Shown: positions 21,091 through 31,000 of the stretch, piece by piece
How the letters are laid out: every line of letters begins with the position of its first letter
Numbering within the stretch: position 1 is the first letter of the stretch
Source of the DNA: an uncultured Lentisphaerales bacterium
GTDB lineage: Bacteria; Verrucomicrobiota; Lentisphaeria; JABSQK01; UBA12247
Assembly: GCA_943788985.1 (NCBI GenBank)
Contig: CALSSJ010000030.1
Span: 1-64,000 of the forward strand
DNA length: 64,000 nt
Direction: 5' to 3'
Position numbers and translations under genes: made by a program
The notes under the pieces: generated by a model
Told to the model about the DNA's origin: nothing
Database searches by the model: none
Seen by the model: the letters and a program-made list of their open reading frames with translations, nothing else

Positions 21091-23163
21091 CTAGCGCAAG
21101 AGATTGAGCAGGTGGCTGTAGCTGTCTGTCCAGGCGACGGTGCGCGGAGGCATGGGCCGGTAATTGGGACTCTTGCGGGCGGTTTCGAGACAGGCTTGGT
21201 CGGACGTGATCAGGATCCAGTCTGCTGGAGAGGCGATGGGGCCTGCTTTGGTATCGGAGGAGATCCAAACTGCTTCGCGCTGGGCATCGATAGCGGCTTG
21301 AGCTAGCACGGGCTTAATGTCGAGGAGTCGGTTTGAGACGTGCACGGCGAGGATGCCATTGGGCTTGAGATGGCTCCAGTAGAGCTCCATGCATTCTCGC
21401 GTGAGTAGGTGCGTGGGCACGGATCCGGCGCTAAAGGCGTCGAGGACCATGACGTCGAAGTTTTGGCTGCCGGTGGCTGTCAGTTCGGCTTTGAGCAGGC
21501 TGCGGCCATCGCCGATCTGCACGGAGACCTCCGCCCCCCGGGCTTCGGCATCGTCGAGATAGCTGAAGTAGTCACCGCGGGCTATTTTATCGACGGCTGG
21601 GTCGATCTCGAAGAAGCGATAGCGGTCCCCAGTGCCGGCAAAGGCGGCCACTGTGCCGACTCCCATGCCGACGATGCCGACATGTGCCGGGCGGCGGCTG
21701 CCGTCCTCAGCCAGGCGTGGAACGTCTTGCAAGGCCAAACCAACACCCGCTGCGCGGGTGTAGTAAAGAGTGGGCTCGGCTCGCATGTCTTGATCTCGAA
21801 TTTGGCAGCCATGAACGGTGCGGCCGTGAAAGAGGTAGTACAGCCGCCCTGGGCGTACGGCCGAATCCTTGACGTGCAGGACGCCGTAGAAGTCGCGATG
21901 AGTTTCGACATCATCGGCCAGGTCATCGGCGATCTCCTGCCAGAGCAGGCTGCCGGTGATGACAAGCACCGTAACGAGGCCGATTGACGTCCATCGGGTG
22001 GCACTTCCGTCTCGCCACAGTGCCCACAGTACCACCACAATGCTGCAAAGAATGACAGCGTGCAGTTCCCAGTAACCAAGCAGCAGCCAAGGCGCGACGA
22101 TGCAAACGAGCAGGCCACCCACGACGCCGCCGACTGACATGAGGAGGTAGAATTGGGTCAGGTACCGAGTGCCCGGCTTGCTACGCGCCAGTTCGCCATG
22201 AAAGAGCAGGCAGCCAAAGAATAGCAGGGCCGAAAAGGCGCAGATTTGCATCAAGAGTGGTTGAGTCTTTAGGGTCATCATCACCCAGAGGGCGACGGCT
22301 ATGGCCAGCAGCAGCCCGGATACCGTCCAGGAGCGCCGGTAGGCGTTGTCATGACTGAAGGCAATGATGAAGGTGATCAGATACAACATCAGAGGCACCA
22401 CCCAGAGGAAGGGAATCACGGCGATGTCTTGGCATAGTTGATTGGTGACAGCCAGCAAAATCACGGAGCCGGCACCGGACAGGACCAGCCAGTAGACGAT
22501 CAGGCTCAAGCGTGGTCGCTCGCCGGCTGGGCGAGGGTGAGCGGTGGCTGCGGGTATGGGAGCAGGTGCGGGCTTTCTGATGGCAAGTGCGCACAGCCCT
22601 GCGGATACGGTGTAGCAGACGAATAGGCACGCCCACCAGATGCCCTGATTAGTCAGCGACAGCAGCGGCTCCAGCACAAATGGATAGGCCAGCAAGCCGA
22701 GCAGTGAGCCAATGTTGGACAGCGAATATAGCCGGTAGGTGGTGGCATCGTCTGCTCCGGCTTGCTTGCTGAACCAGGCCTGAAGCAATGGCGAATTTGC
22801 GGAGAGCAAGCAGAACGGAAGTCCGACCGTGGCTGTTAACGTCCACAGAATATGCCCGTACGGCGTGGCCCCGCCGGAGAGCGGGCGCCAGGAGTCGTCC
22901 GGTGGAAAAAACAGAAAGGTTGCTACCAGTGCTCCCGCAATCATGATCAAATGAACGATCGCCTGTCGCCGTGGCGACAGCCAGGTCGTAAGGACGTGTG
23001 CGTAGCAGTAGCCCACCAGCAACGCTGCCTGAAAAAACAGCATGCAGGTGGTCCACAGCGCCGCACTCCCCCCGTACCAGGGCAGGATGATCTTACTCAT
23101 CAAGGGTTGAACTAGGAACAGCAGAAAGGCACCTAGGGCAATGGCCACGCCGAATCGCTTCAT
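21091..23163 (-). CDS. Fused multi-TM / spermidine synthase-like SAM-dependent protein
   Basis: LLFLVQPL...LPWYGG...LYSLSNIGS membrane region; C-terminal GIVGMGVG, FEIDP, GDGR, LDAFS, HVSNR. Confidence 0.85.
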   Translation of the reverse strand: MKRFGVAIALGAFLLFLVQPLMSKIILPWYGGSAALWTTCMLFFQAALLVGYCYAHVLTTWLSPRRQAIVHLIMIAGALVATFLFFPPDDSWRPLSGGATPYGHILWTLTATVGLPFCLLSANSPLLQAWFSKQAGADDATTYRLYSLSNIGSLLGLLAYPFVLEPLLSLTNQGIWWACLFVCYTVSAGLCALAIRKPAPAPIPAATAHPRPAGERPRLSLIVYWLVLSGAGSVILLAVTNQLCQDIAVIPFLWVVPLMLYLITFIIAFSHDNAYRRSWTVSGLLLAIAVALWVMMTLKTQPLLMQICAFSALLFFGCLLFHGELARSKPGTRYLTQFYLLMSVGGVVGGLLVCIVAPWLLLGYWELHAVILCSIVVVLWALWRDGSATRWTSIGLVTVLVITGSLLWQEIADDLADDVETHRDFYGVLHVKDSAVRPGRLYYLFHGRTVHGCQIRDQDMRAEPTLYYTRAAGVGLALQDVPRLAEDGSRRPAHVGIVGMGVGTVAAFAGTGDRYRFFEIDPAVDKIARGDYFSYLDDAEARGAEVSVQIGDGRSLLKAELTATGSQNFDVMVLDAFSAGSVPTHLLTRECMELYWSHLKPNGILAVHVSNRLLDIKPVLAQAAIDAQREAVWISSDTKAGPIASPADWILITSDQACLETARKSPNYRPMPPRTVAWTDSYSHLLNLLR

Positions 23164-23195
23164 GAGCTACCTTTCATGTGGGCACAGGCCGCGAC

Positions 23196-24929
23196 CTACT
23201 GTTCTTTAAAGGGCGGGACAAAGATGCCGTGGCCACCTGGCTTGGCTTTGGCACCACCGACGCCGAAGGCTGCTGCCTGCTCGGATAGCAGCTTGGCATC
23301 GATGTGGTGGGGCTTCCGTAAGCCTTCTTTCTCCGGGAAAGATTCGATGTGCAACGACTGCGTCGGGAAGGCGAAGTCGACACCAAGTTCTTCAGCCAGC
23401 CGGAGAATCTCGAGGAAGATCTTCTGGCGCTCGACGAGTTCGTTAGCCCAGTCCGGCACTTTCAGGAAGCAATAGAGCAGGATGTTCAGGCTGCAGTCCC
23501 CGTAGCTGTTAAAAACGACGTGGTAGTAGTCCTTGCGGGTGTAGGGATTAGCCTTGATGATGTTCTTCACGCCTTCGGTGAAGGCTTCGACCTTTTCGGC
23601 CGGGGTATCGTAGGTCAGACCTAGCAAGGTTTTGATGCGCCGGTACTCGCGCCGGCCCATGTTGTCGACGTTGGCGTTTGCCAGGACGGAGTTGGGAACG
23701 GAGATCAGCGAGTTGTAGAAGGTCCGGACCCGGGTAGAGCGGAAGCCGATTTCCTCAACGGTCCCCTCGGTATCGCCGATGATCACCCAGTCGCCGATCT
23801 GGAAGGGGCGATCGATCAGGATCATGATCGAGCCAAAGAGATTGGCGCAGGTGTCTTTGGCAGCCAGGGCAAAGGCGAGGCCACCGAGTCCGAGACCCGC
23901 AAGCACTGACATGACTTGAATGCCGAGGTTCTGGGCCAGCAGCAAGATGCCCATGACCACGACGAAGACGCGAAGGGCCTTCTTCAACAGTGGCACCATC
24001 TGGTCATCCAGCATCGAATCTGTCTTGTCGGTGACGGTCTTGAGATAGTCTGTGAAGACGTCGACAAGACGATATGCTGCGGCGATGAAGGCGATGCCGG
24101 TGACGGTGGTGGCGAGGTAAGTCAGGGTGCGCTGCACGCCGCCATCGAACCCAAGCAAATGAATGGCGTAAAACCAGAACAGGGCCGCGGCGAATAAGCC
24201 AATAGGGCCCTCGATGCTTTCGATAATCCGATCATCCCACTGGGTCTTGGTCTTGGCGGTAATCCGGCCAAATGTGTGGGCGAGATGCTGAACGATGGTC
24301 TTGATGATAAAGCCGACCAGAATGGCCAGAAAGATGCCACCCCACTGCCAGGCAGGCAGGATCAGGTAGGTCCTGCGGGCCCAGGCTGGTAGCTGAGTCG
24401 GCGACCATGGACGCTTGTAACCGGCTCCCTGGCCGCTGCCTGCTAAGTAAGGGAACTTCTCAACTTTGCGAAAATACTCTTGAGCGCGCAGGGCGGTGTC
24501 CCGGGAAAACAGATACTTGCCACGGTTTCGTCCATCCTCGATTAGGACGATGTCGATCTCGGTGTTACGCAGACGCCAGCGAAGCAGGGGCGAGCCGTCT
24601 TCATTGGCAATCGGAATCTTCTCGGTGTCGACGACGATCACGCGGTCGATCACTTCCTTGAGGAAAATGGCTGCCTGTGAGTCCACCTCATCGATGAGGC
24701 CGAATTTGGTTTCTTCGAGCTGGAGGCACCGGGTGGCATCACTGAGGCGCTGCAGCTTGGCCTGATTCTTAGTTTTCAGTCCTTCGCGGTAATCGTTCAT
24801 GGCGGAGAGAAACGAAGCCATGGTGTCGCGCGGGTTGTCCAGCCGGATTGGTTTGAGTGGATTGACGGCGGGATTCAGCTCGGTGCCCAGTAGGCAAAAT
24901 GGTAGAAAAAGCAGTAACAGGTATTTCAT
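23196..24929 (-). CDS. mscS: MscS-family mechanosensitive channel with exported N-terminal domain
   Basis: Start MKYLLLLF; LAGLGLGGLAFALAAKDT, RPFQIGDW, GTVEEIGFRSTRVRT, FAFPTQ. Confidence 0.9.
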   Translation of the reverse strand: MKYLLLLFLPFCLLGTELNPAVNPLKPIRLDNPRDTMASFLSAMNDYREGLKTKNQAKLQRLSDATRCLQLEETKFGLIDEVDSQAAIFLKEVIDRVIVVDTEKIPIANEDGSPLLRWRLRNTEIDIVLIEDGRNRGKYLFSRDTALRAQEYFRKVEKFPYLAGSGQGAGYKRPWSPTQLPAWARRTYLILPAWQWGGIFLAILVGFIIKTIVQHLAHTFGRITAKTKTQWDDRIIESIEGPIGLFAAALFWFYAIHLLGFDGGVQRTLTYLATTVTGIAFIAAAYRLVDVFTDYLKTVTDKTDSMLDDQMVPLLKKALRVFVVVMGILLLAQNLGIQVMSVLAGLGLGGLAFALAAKDTCANLFGSIMILIDRPFQIGDWVIIGDTEGTVEEIGFRSTRVRTFYNSLISVPNSVLANANVDNMGRREYRRIKTLLGLTYDTPAEKVEAFTEGVKNIIKANPYTRKDYYHVVFNSYGDCSLNILLYCFLKVPDWANELVERQKIFLEILRLAEELGVDFAFPTQSLHIESFPEKEGLRKPHHIDAKLLSEQAAAFGVGGAKAKPGGHGIFVPPFKEQ

Positions 24930-24946
24930 GAATGTTCTTCGGTGGG

Positions 24947-26410
24947 CTATGGACGGGTGCGAGCGCTGGCTCTGACGGCGCTCAGCTGTTGGGACATGGA
25001 GGCGACGACTTCCGGATGCTCCGGCGCCATATTCTTTGCTTGGCCGATATCTTGTTGCAAGTCGTATAGCTGCTCCCAGTGGCTGAAGCCGCTTTCGTTT
25101 CCGGTAGTCGCGTAGTAGCGTGGGCCTTGGTGGGGGGGAAGGTAGGCCCATTTTTGATCGCGGACAATGGTCTTGGCATGCATCCCTTCGGTCACGAGTA
25201 GATCGCGCCCGGCGGAATCCTTGCCGGTGAGCGCGGGGAGGAGATTCAGGCTGTCGGGGGCAGCATCTTCTGGCAAGTTGACACCGGCCAGTGCCGCAAA
25301 GGTGGCGGTGAAGTCGACATGACTCACCAGTGCTTCCGAGACGCCAGGCGTTACTTCTGCTGGCCAAGACAGGAGAAATGGCACGCGGGTGCCGCCATCA
25401 TAGAGGCTGTATTTTCCGCCTCGCAGCGGTCCGGCTGGGCGGTGATCGCCGAGTAGCTCGGCGGCATCATCTTCGTAGCCGTCGTCAAGGACGGGGCCGT
25501 TGTCGCTGGAGAAAATGACAATGGTATTGTCTACCAGTCCGAGGCGCTCCAGGGTGTCCAGCATCTCGCCGACGCACCAGTCCATCTCAGCGATGACGTC
25601 GCCGCGTGGCCCCAGGCCAGTGGTACCAGCAAAGCGCGGTGCAGGCATCCGCGGGACATGCGGCTGATGGAAGGCGTAGTAGAGGAAAAACGGCTGGTTT
25701 GCATGTTCTTCGACAAAAGCCACGGCCCTCTGCGCGAAGGCATCTGCCATTTCCTCATCGACCCACTCGGCGTCCTTCCCGCCGCGCATGTAGCCGATGC
25801 GGCTGACTCCGTTGACTATACTCATGTCATGGCCATGGCTGTAGCGCATTTTGAGCAACTCTGGATTATCCCGTCCGGTGGGGACGCCCGGGAACGCCCC
25901 GTCTTGCTGGTAGGTAACCTCGATCGGATCAGCTGGATCGAGTCCCACGACATCTCGCCCGTCAAGATAGACGCAGGGCACGCGATCATTGGTCGCGGCC
26001 ATGATGTAGGAGGAATCAAAACCAATGTCGAGCGGCGTGCCCGGCAGGGGCTTATTCCAGTTTGGGTTGCCTGCGCCGATGCCGAGGTGCCACTTGCCGA
26101 CCACGCCGGTCGCATAGCCCCCCTCGCGGAGCAGGCTGGGCAGGGTGTCGGTACCGGGCTCAATCAGCTGCGGTGCATCACCGGGGAGGATTTTTGCCCG
26201 CGGGTTACGCCATGGATAGGAGCCGGTCAGCAGGCTGTAGCGTGACGGTGTACAGGTAGCAGCGGTGGCATATCCCTGGTTAAAACGCAAGCCCTGGGCT
26301 GCCAAGCGATCCACGTTTGGTGTCTCGATCGCAGTGCCTCCGTAGCAGCCCACATCGCCAAATCCGAGATCATCGGCGTACATGATGATTAAGTTGGGCT
26401 TCTTAGACAT
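24947..26410 (-). CDS. Sulfatase (formylglycine-dependent)
   Basis: KPNLIIMYADDLGFGD, CTPSRYSLLTG, GKWHLG, FSSDNG, RGGKYS. Confidence 0.95.
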   Translation of the reverse strand: MSKKPNLIIMYADDLGFGDVGCYGGTAIETPNVDRLAAQGLRFNQGYATAATCTPSRYSLLTGSYPWRNPRAKILPGDAPQLIEPGTDTLPSLLREGGYATGVVGKWHLGIGAGNPNWNKPLPGTPLDIGFDSSYIMAATNDRVPCVYLDGRDVVGLDPADPIEVTYQQDGAFPGVPTGRDNPELLKMRYSHGHDMSIVNGVSRIGYMRGGKDAEWVDEEMADAFAQRAVAFVEEHANQPFFLYYAFHQPHVPRMPAPRFAGTTGLGPRGDVIAEMDWCVGEMLDTLERLGLVDNTIVIFSSDNGPVLDDGYEDDAAELLGDHRPAGPLRGGKYSLYDGGTRVPFLLSWPAEVTPGVSEALVSHVDFTATFAALAGVNLPEDAAPDSLNLLPALTGKDSAGRDLLVTEGMHAKTIVRDQKWAYLPPHQGPRYYATTGNESGFSHWEQLYDLQQDIGQAKNMAPEHPEVVASMSQQLSAVRASARTRP

Positions 26411-26650
26411 GGGTGATCTCCGGACGGGTGCTTGCGTTCGTTTTGTCGGCAGCTGGGAAGCCAGTACCATGCAGTGATCGTTTTCGGTGTCAATAAACCC
26501 CAGGCTGGCCAGCGACTGATTGGCACTGGAGCTGGGGCGGCGTAATCAAGCACGAAGGTAAGGTGGTGCGTTCACTGGCGTAGGTCTGGGTACACTGTTA
26601 TAGTGCATTTTAGTTTTACTGCCACGTCTACACATGAGATTTGCAGTCGT

Positions 26651-28069
26651 ATGCGTTTTCGTTCTGCCCTGATTTTTCTGATAGCCTGGTGGGGATATGC
26701 CGGCACGCTAACGGTCGGAGATTTGACTCTTGACCCGGATGAGATCGGCTCGCTGCAGATTCGCCTAGTAGGCGGCAGCCAGATCAGCGCCTTACAGTTC
26801 GACATTGTCGTGCCCGATGAGCAGGCGCTGGGCTTTGGCGATGTGCAGCGCGGGGCAGCGCTCGGGCCCCACCGCATGGTCTACAATGGCGCGAATTATC
26901 GGACCGTGACCTACAGTCCGGCGTCCGATGTATTGAGCAATGGTGCCGTCATCGCGGTGGCAGTCACAGCATTGGAAGCCGGGGGCTCAGACCAGACAAT
27001 CACGCTGGCGAATGTCCTCGCCATCGGGCCCAATGGCGAGACGGTGGGGATGTCTCAGAACGCTGGGACGATTTGGCTGAGCGAGGTGGACAGTGACCAA
27101 GATGGGGTCCCGGATTGGATTGAATTTCGCCTGATCGAGGAAAGCTCTCTTTTTGAAACCTTGGCGGACATCGACGCCACCACGGATATAGACGGTGACG
27201 GCTGGCCTGCATTCGAAGAGGAACTGGCCGGTGTATCCGAGATTGGCGATGCGACACGCTTCCCCGGCTGGCAGATGACGATCAGTGGGATCACGTCGTT
27301 TAGCCGGGCAGACATACTTAAATTTGGCTATACGATGGACCCGGCTGATGCCCAAGTGCCAGCGCGTGGAGAGAGCCGCTTGGTGCTGCTTGGCGAGAAT
27401 GGAAGCCACTTGAGCTCGGATCTGCGGGCGTCAGCGCTCTCGCATACGTGGCTCGTGGAGAGTTCCGATCCCGCACCAGTGACGTTGAAATGGTCCGCTG
27501 CCGATGTGGCTGAATATCACGAACTTCAGATCCGGGAGCAGTTCGGCGTACACATTGCGGATACGCTCACCGGGACTGCTGTCGCACTTGCCGACAATAC
27601 CTCGTTCGTGATTCAGCCTGGGCAGACCATCCGGATCGATTTTTCTAGAAAAATTGACGAAGTGGCCTTGGTTCCCGGGTGGAATCTGATCTCGATTCCA
27701 CTTGAGCCGGAGATCACGGATCCGGATCAACTGATCAACCGGGCCAGCACGATTGCCTGGCAGTATGTGCTACCGAATCGTGCCTACCGTCAGCCGCTGT
27801 CATTTACCTCGCGGGCCGGCTACTGGATGCACACGGATATGGCGACGGCAATGGTCGTACTGGGCTCGTCCATGCTGGACCACACAGTCACTGTATCCGA
27901 TGGTTGGACGCTCGCTGGCTTTGCCGAAGCAATCGCTCTCCCGAACTCCACCCCGTGCTACAGATGGGACGGAAGCGAGCTCGTAGAAATGCAAATTCCA
28001 CGGACGGCTATTCCGCGAGAAGGCGTATGGATATTTAGTAACAAGGTGCAGGATATAGGCGGCCTATGA
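26651..28069 (+). CDS. Exported protein: cohesin-like domain, Ca-binding D-rich motifs, C-terminal PGWNLISxP module
   Basis: Signal peptide; IRLVGGSQISALQFDIVVP (cohesin-like); DSDQDGVPDWIE, DIDGDG; VPGWNLISIP. Confidence 0.65.
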   Translation: MRFRSALIFLIAWWGYAGTLTVGDLTLDPDEIGSLQIRLVGGSQISALQFDIVVPDEQALGFGDVQRGAALGPHRMVYNGANYRTVTYSPASDVLSNGAVIAVAVTALEAGGSDQTITLANVLAIGPNGETVGMSQNAGTIWLSEVDSDQDGVPDWIEFRLIEESSLFETLADIDATTDIDGDGWPAFEEELAGVSEIGDATRFPGWQMTISGITSFSRADILKFGYTMDPADAQVPARGESRLVLLGENGSHLSSDLRASALSHTWLVESSDPAPVTLKWSAADVAEYHELQIREQFGVHIADTLTGTAVALADNTSFVIQPGQTIRIDFSRKIDEVALVPGWNLISIPLEPEITDPDQLINRASTIAWQYVLPNRAYRQPLSFTSRAGYWMHTDMATAMVVLGSSMLDHTVTVSDGWTLAGFAEAIALPNSTPCYRWDGSELVEMQIPRTAIPREGVWIFSNKVQDIGGL

Positions 28070-31000
28070 GATTCTTGATTGTATGCGCACTGCTGGCGGC
28101 TTTGGCTGCATCAGCGCAGAACCGGCGTGGTGACTTCAATAACGACGGGCAAGCCCATGTCGATGACGTGGTGCGTCTTGCCAACCACCTGAACGACCGC
28201 CACCCGCTGCCGCTACCGCTGCGGCTCATTGGCGACCTGAATACGGACAATGTGGTGGATGATACGGACCTCCAGTTGCTCGCAGACGCGGTAGCTGGCA
28301 CCTATCAGCTGCTGCCGTATCTGCCACCGACACTAAACGGGCTCAGCGAAGTCACCGGGGACCAAGACGTGACTCTCTCCGGGACGACTATGGCCGGTGC
28401 CCAAGTGACGGTGTCGGATGGCACCCAGCGCTGGCAGGTCGGTGCCGACGCGGGTGGCGCGTTTTCGCTATCCGTCCCTGTGACGCCTGGCACGACAACC
28501 GTCTTCAGTGTGTTCGCCGAAGAAGGAGAGAATCAGACCACTGAGCGCTTCTTCTCGGTGCGTCATGATGATCAGCCGCCGCACGTTGTAATCCAAGGGC
28601 CAGGGCATCTGGAAGTCGTGGAGGAAGCACGCTATGTCGTTAGCGGGTACGCCTGGGATGCTTCGTCAGGCATTGAACGCGTGACAGTGAATGGACTGGA
28701 TGCAATTGTCCAGCAAAGCGCCCATGGGACAGTCACTTGGTCTGTAGTGATCCCGCTCGTCCAAGGTGTAAACCTGCTCACCGCCGTGGCTACCGATGGG
28801 GTCGGGATCGCGAACACCCAGACTCAGGCCGTGGTCTTTCAACGGCGCACTGGCCCACGGATTCAACCACTGTCACCGCGCGAGATCACTGGCGTCAGTG
28901 GTGTCCCATTGAGCGAGCCGCTGGTGGTACGCCTGTCCGATGCAGACGGTGGCGTGGTGAGAAAGTGGGTGTCCTTTGAGCTCATCAGCGGGTCGGGCGT
29001 TCTGTCAGCCTCGCCAACGATCGCTGCAGATGCGACCAGCCGTTTCGTCCAGGCGGAAGCAACTGCTGGTGTTGCCATGGCCTATTTTCAGCCGGGCCCT
29101 GGTGCCGGACGGGCCGCAAACATCGTCGAGGCCCGAAGCCAGTCCCTAGGCCGGGTGCGCTTTTTCGTCCATACTGTCGCAAACGGCGATGCCTCGATCA
29201 CGATCTTAGAAGGTGATACGCAGATGGGGCCGCTCGGCGCGCCTGCAGTGCGAACCATTCGTGCGTATGCCTCCAACCATGGCGACCCGATTGCTGGCCT
29301 GCCAGTTTCCTTCAAGACCACCAGTGAAGGGGCTTGGTTTGGAACGACCGAACCATTCATCACCGGTGAAGATGGGATCGTAGAGGTCACCGCATTGCTG
29401 GGAGCTCAGGGCGTAACAGTGGAAGTCTCTGCTGGCACGCATTCGACCGTCGGGCCGATTGACGTGGCCTTGACCGGTCTGCTGCAGGGCGCTGGGCAGA
29501 CGCAGCTGACGGCCACTGTGATCGACACCAATGATGAGCCTGTCACTGGTGTTGAACTGAGACTAACCCAGCCAGATGGCGTGGTTTCCGCGACGACCGA
29601 TGCGCTAGGCGAAGTGACGCTGGATGTAGCCCGTGGCGCCGGCATTCTCGAGGTTGTCGGCAGAGGCAACGTCTTTCGCAAGACCATTGAGATCACGGAT
29701 GGCATCGTAAATGCATTGGGGCCGATCCGGGTGTCTGCTGCTGCGACCGCGACTCAGACGGTCACTCCCGGCGTAGCTGCCTCCTTTGCGCTGGGAACCA
29801 GTGCAAGTCTTCATTTTTCAGCCACGGCGCTTGCGGCGTCCGCAACTCTGTCGGTCGAAGAATTGCCGGTCAATCGTCTTCCAGGCCTGGACGCGGTTGC
29901 TGCGAACTTCGCATTTTCGATTCATCCGGTCGAGGCAACGTTTGCGGAGTCCGCAACGCTCGAGATCGCCAATGCTTCTGGGTATGCACCCGGTCGTAGG
30001 ATTCCGCTGTTGCACTATTCGGCCGACTACCAGCGGTGGCAGATTGCCGATGTAATGGTGGCGTCTGAAGACGGACTCACCCTGAGCGCAGGTCGCGGTA
30101 TTGCGCAGGGCGGTGAGTATGTGTTGGCCGCATTTCCAGGTCAGGCGCGAGCCGTGGGCTGCACCGTATCTTGTGAGGCAAATGGCGGAACCGCGGGCGC
30201 GCTAGTGGCGGTCCCTGCAGTGCCGGAGCGGACTCTCTTTAATCGTGGCTCGGTCGCGACCGTGGTTCTGGACAGTGCCACGGATGACGGCGGCGCGATC
30301 GGGCTGGATTGCCGCGATGCGGCCGCATTGGCTCCCGTAGGAACGCTGGCAAGCGTAGTGCTGAATGGGCCGCAGAACGTGAATGTGCCGCTGGCCGTGG
30401 AGCATGACGCGGAGTTGCAGCTCGATCTCGTGCGATTCGGCGGAAAGCAGGGCGGAACGTACACGCTTACCGTCACGCGGGAAGCGCGTCGCGGATGCGA
30501 GCCAGCGTCAGTGGAATCAACGCAAGAGTTCGAGATCGTAAATTGCAGTTTCCGTCCGTTCAGTTGTGAGGGCGAAGCGGCCTTGATCGTTCTGTCGGAG
30601 GCGTATGCGGAGTCGGCAACGGTGGATTTGCCAGCAGGGGGAGCAGCGGTGGTCTCGTTCCGCTTCGATGTCTCCGAGATCGCGGAGCTTCCAGTGAGTA
30701 TCACCTGGCCGGAGCGTGCCCCGGAGGCCTTCCAATACAAGCCGTCCGCTGAGTCTTTGCGAGTGGAGGGCACCGTGTTTCAGGTGCTTAACGATGAGAG
30801 CACGGTGGAGGTTGCCGCAGCACGGACGATCAACACCACCGTAATCGAGGCAGAGGTCACAGAGCCCGGGCGCTACTTTGCCGTATTTGACGTGTATCTT
30901 GATGATAGCTGCCTCCGGCATGACTGCCCCGAACTGGTGGTGCCCGTAACCAGTGGCGTGGCCACGGTCCGCGGTACACACCTGTCCGGCCCTGGGATTG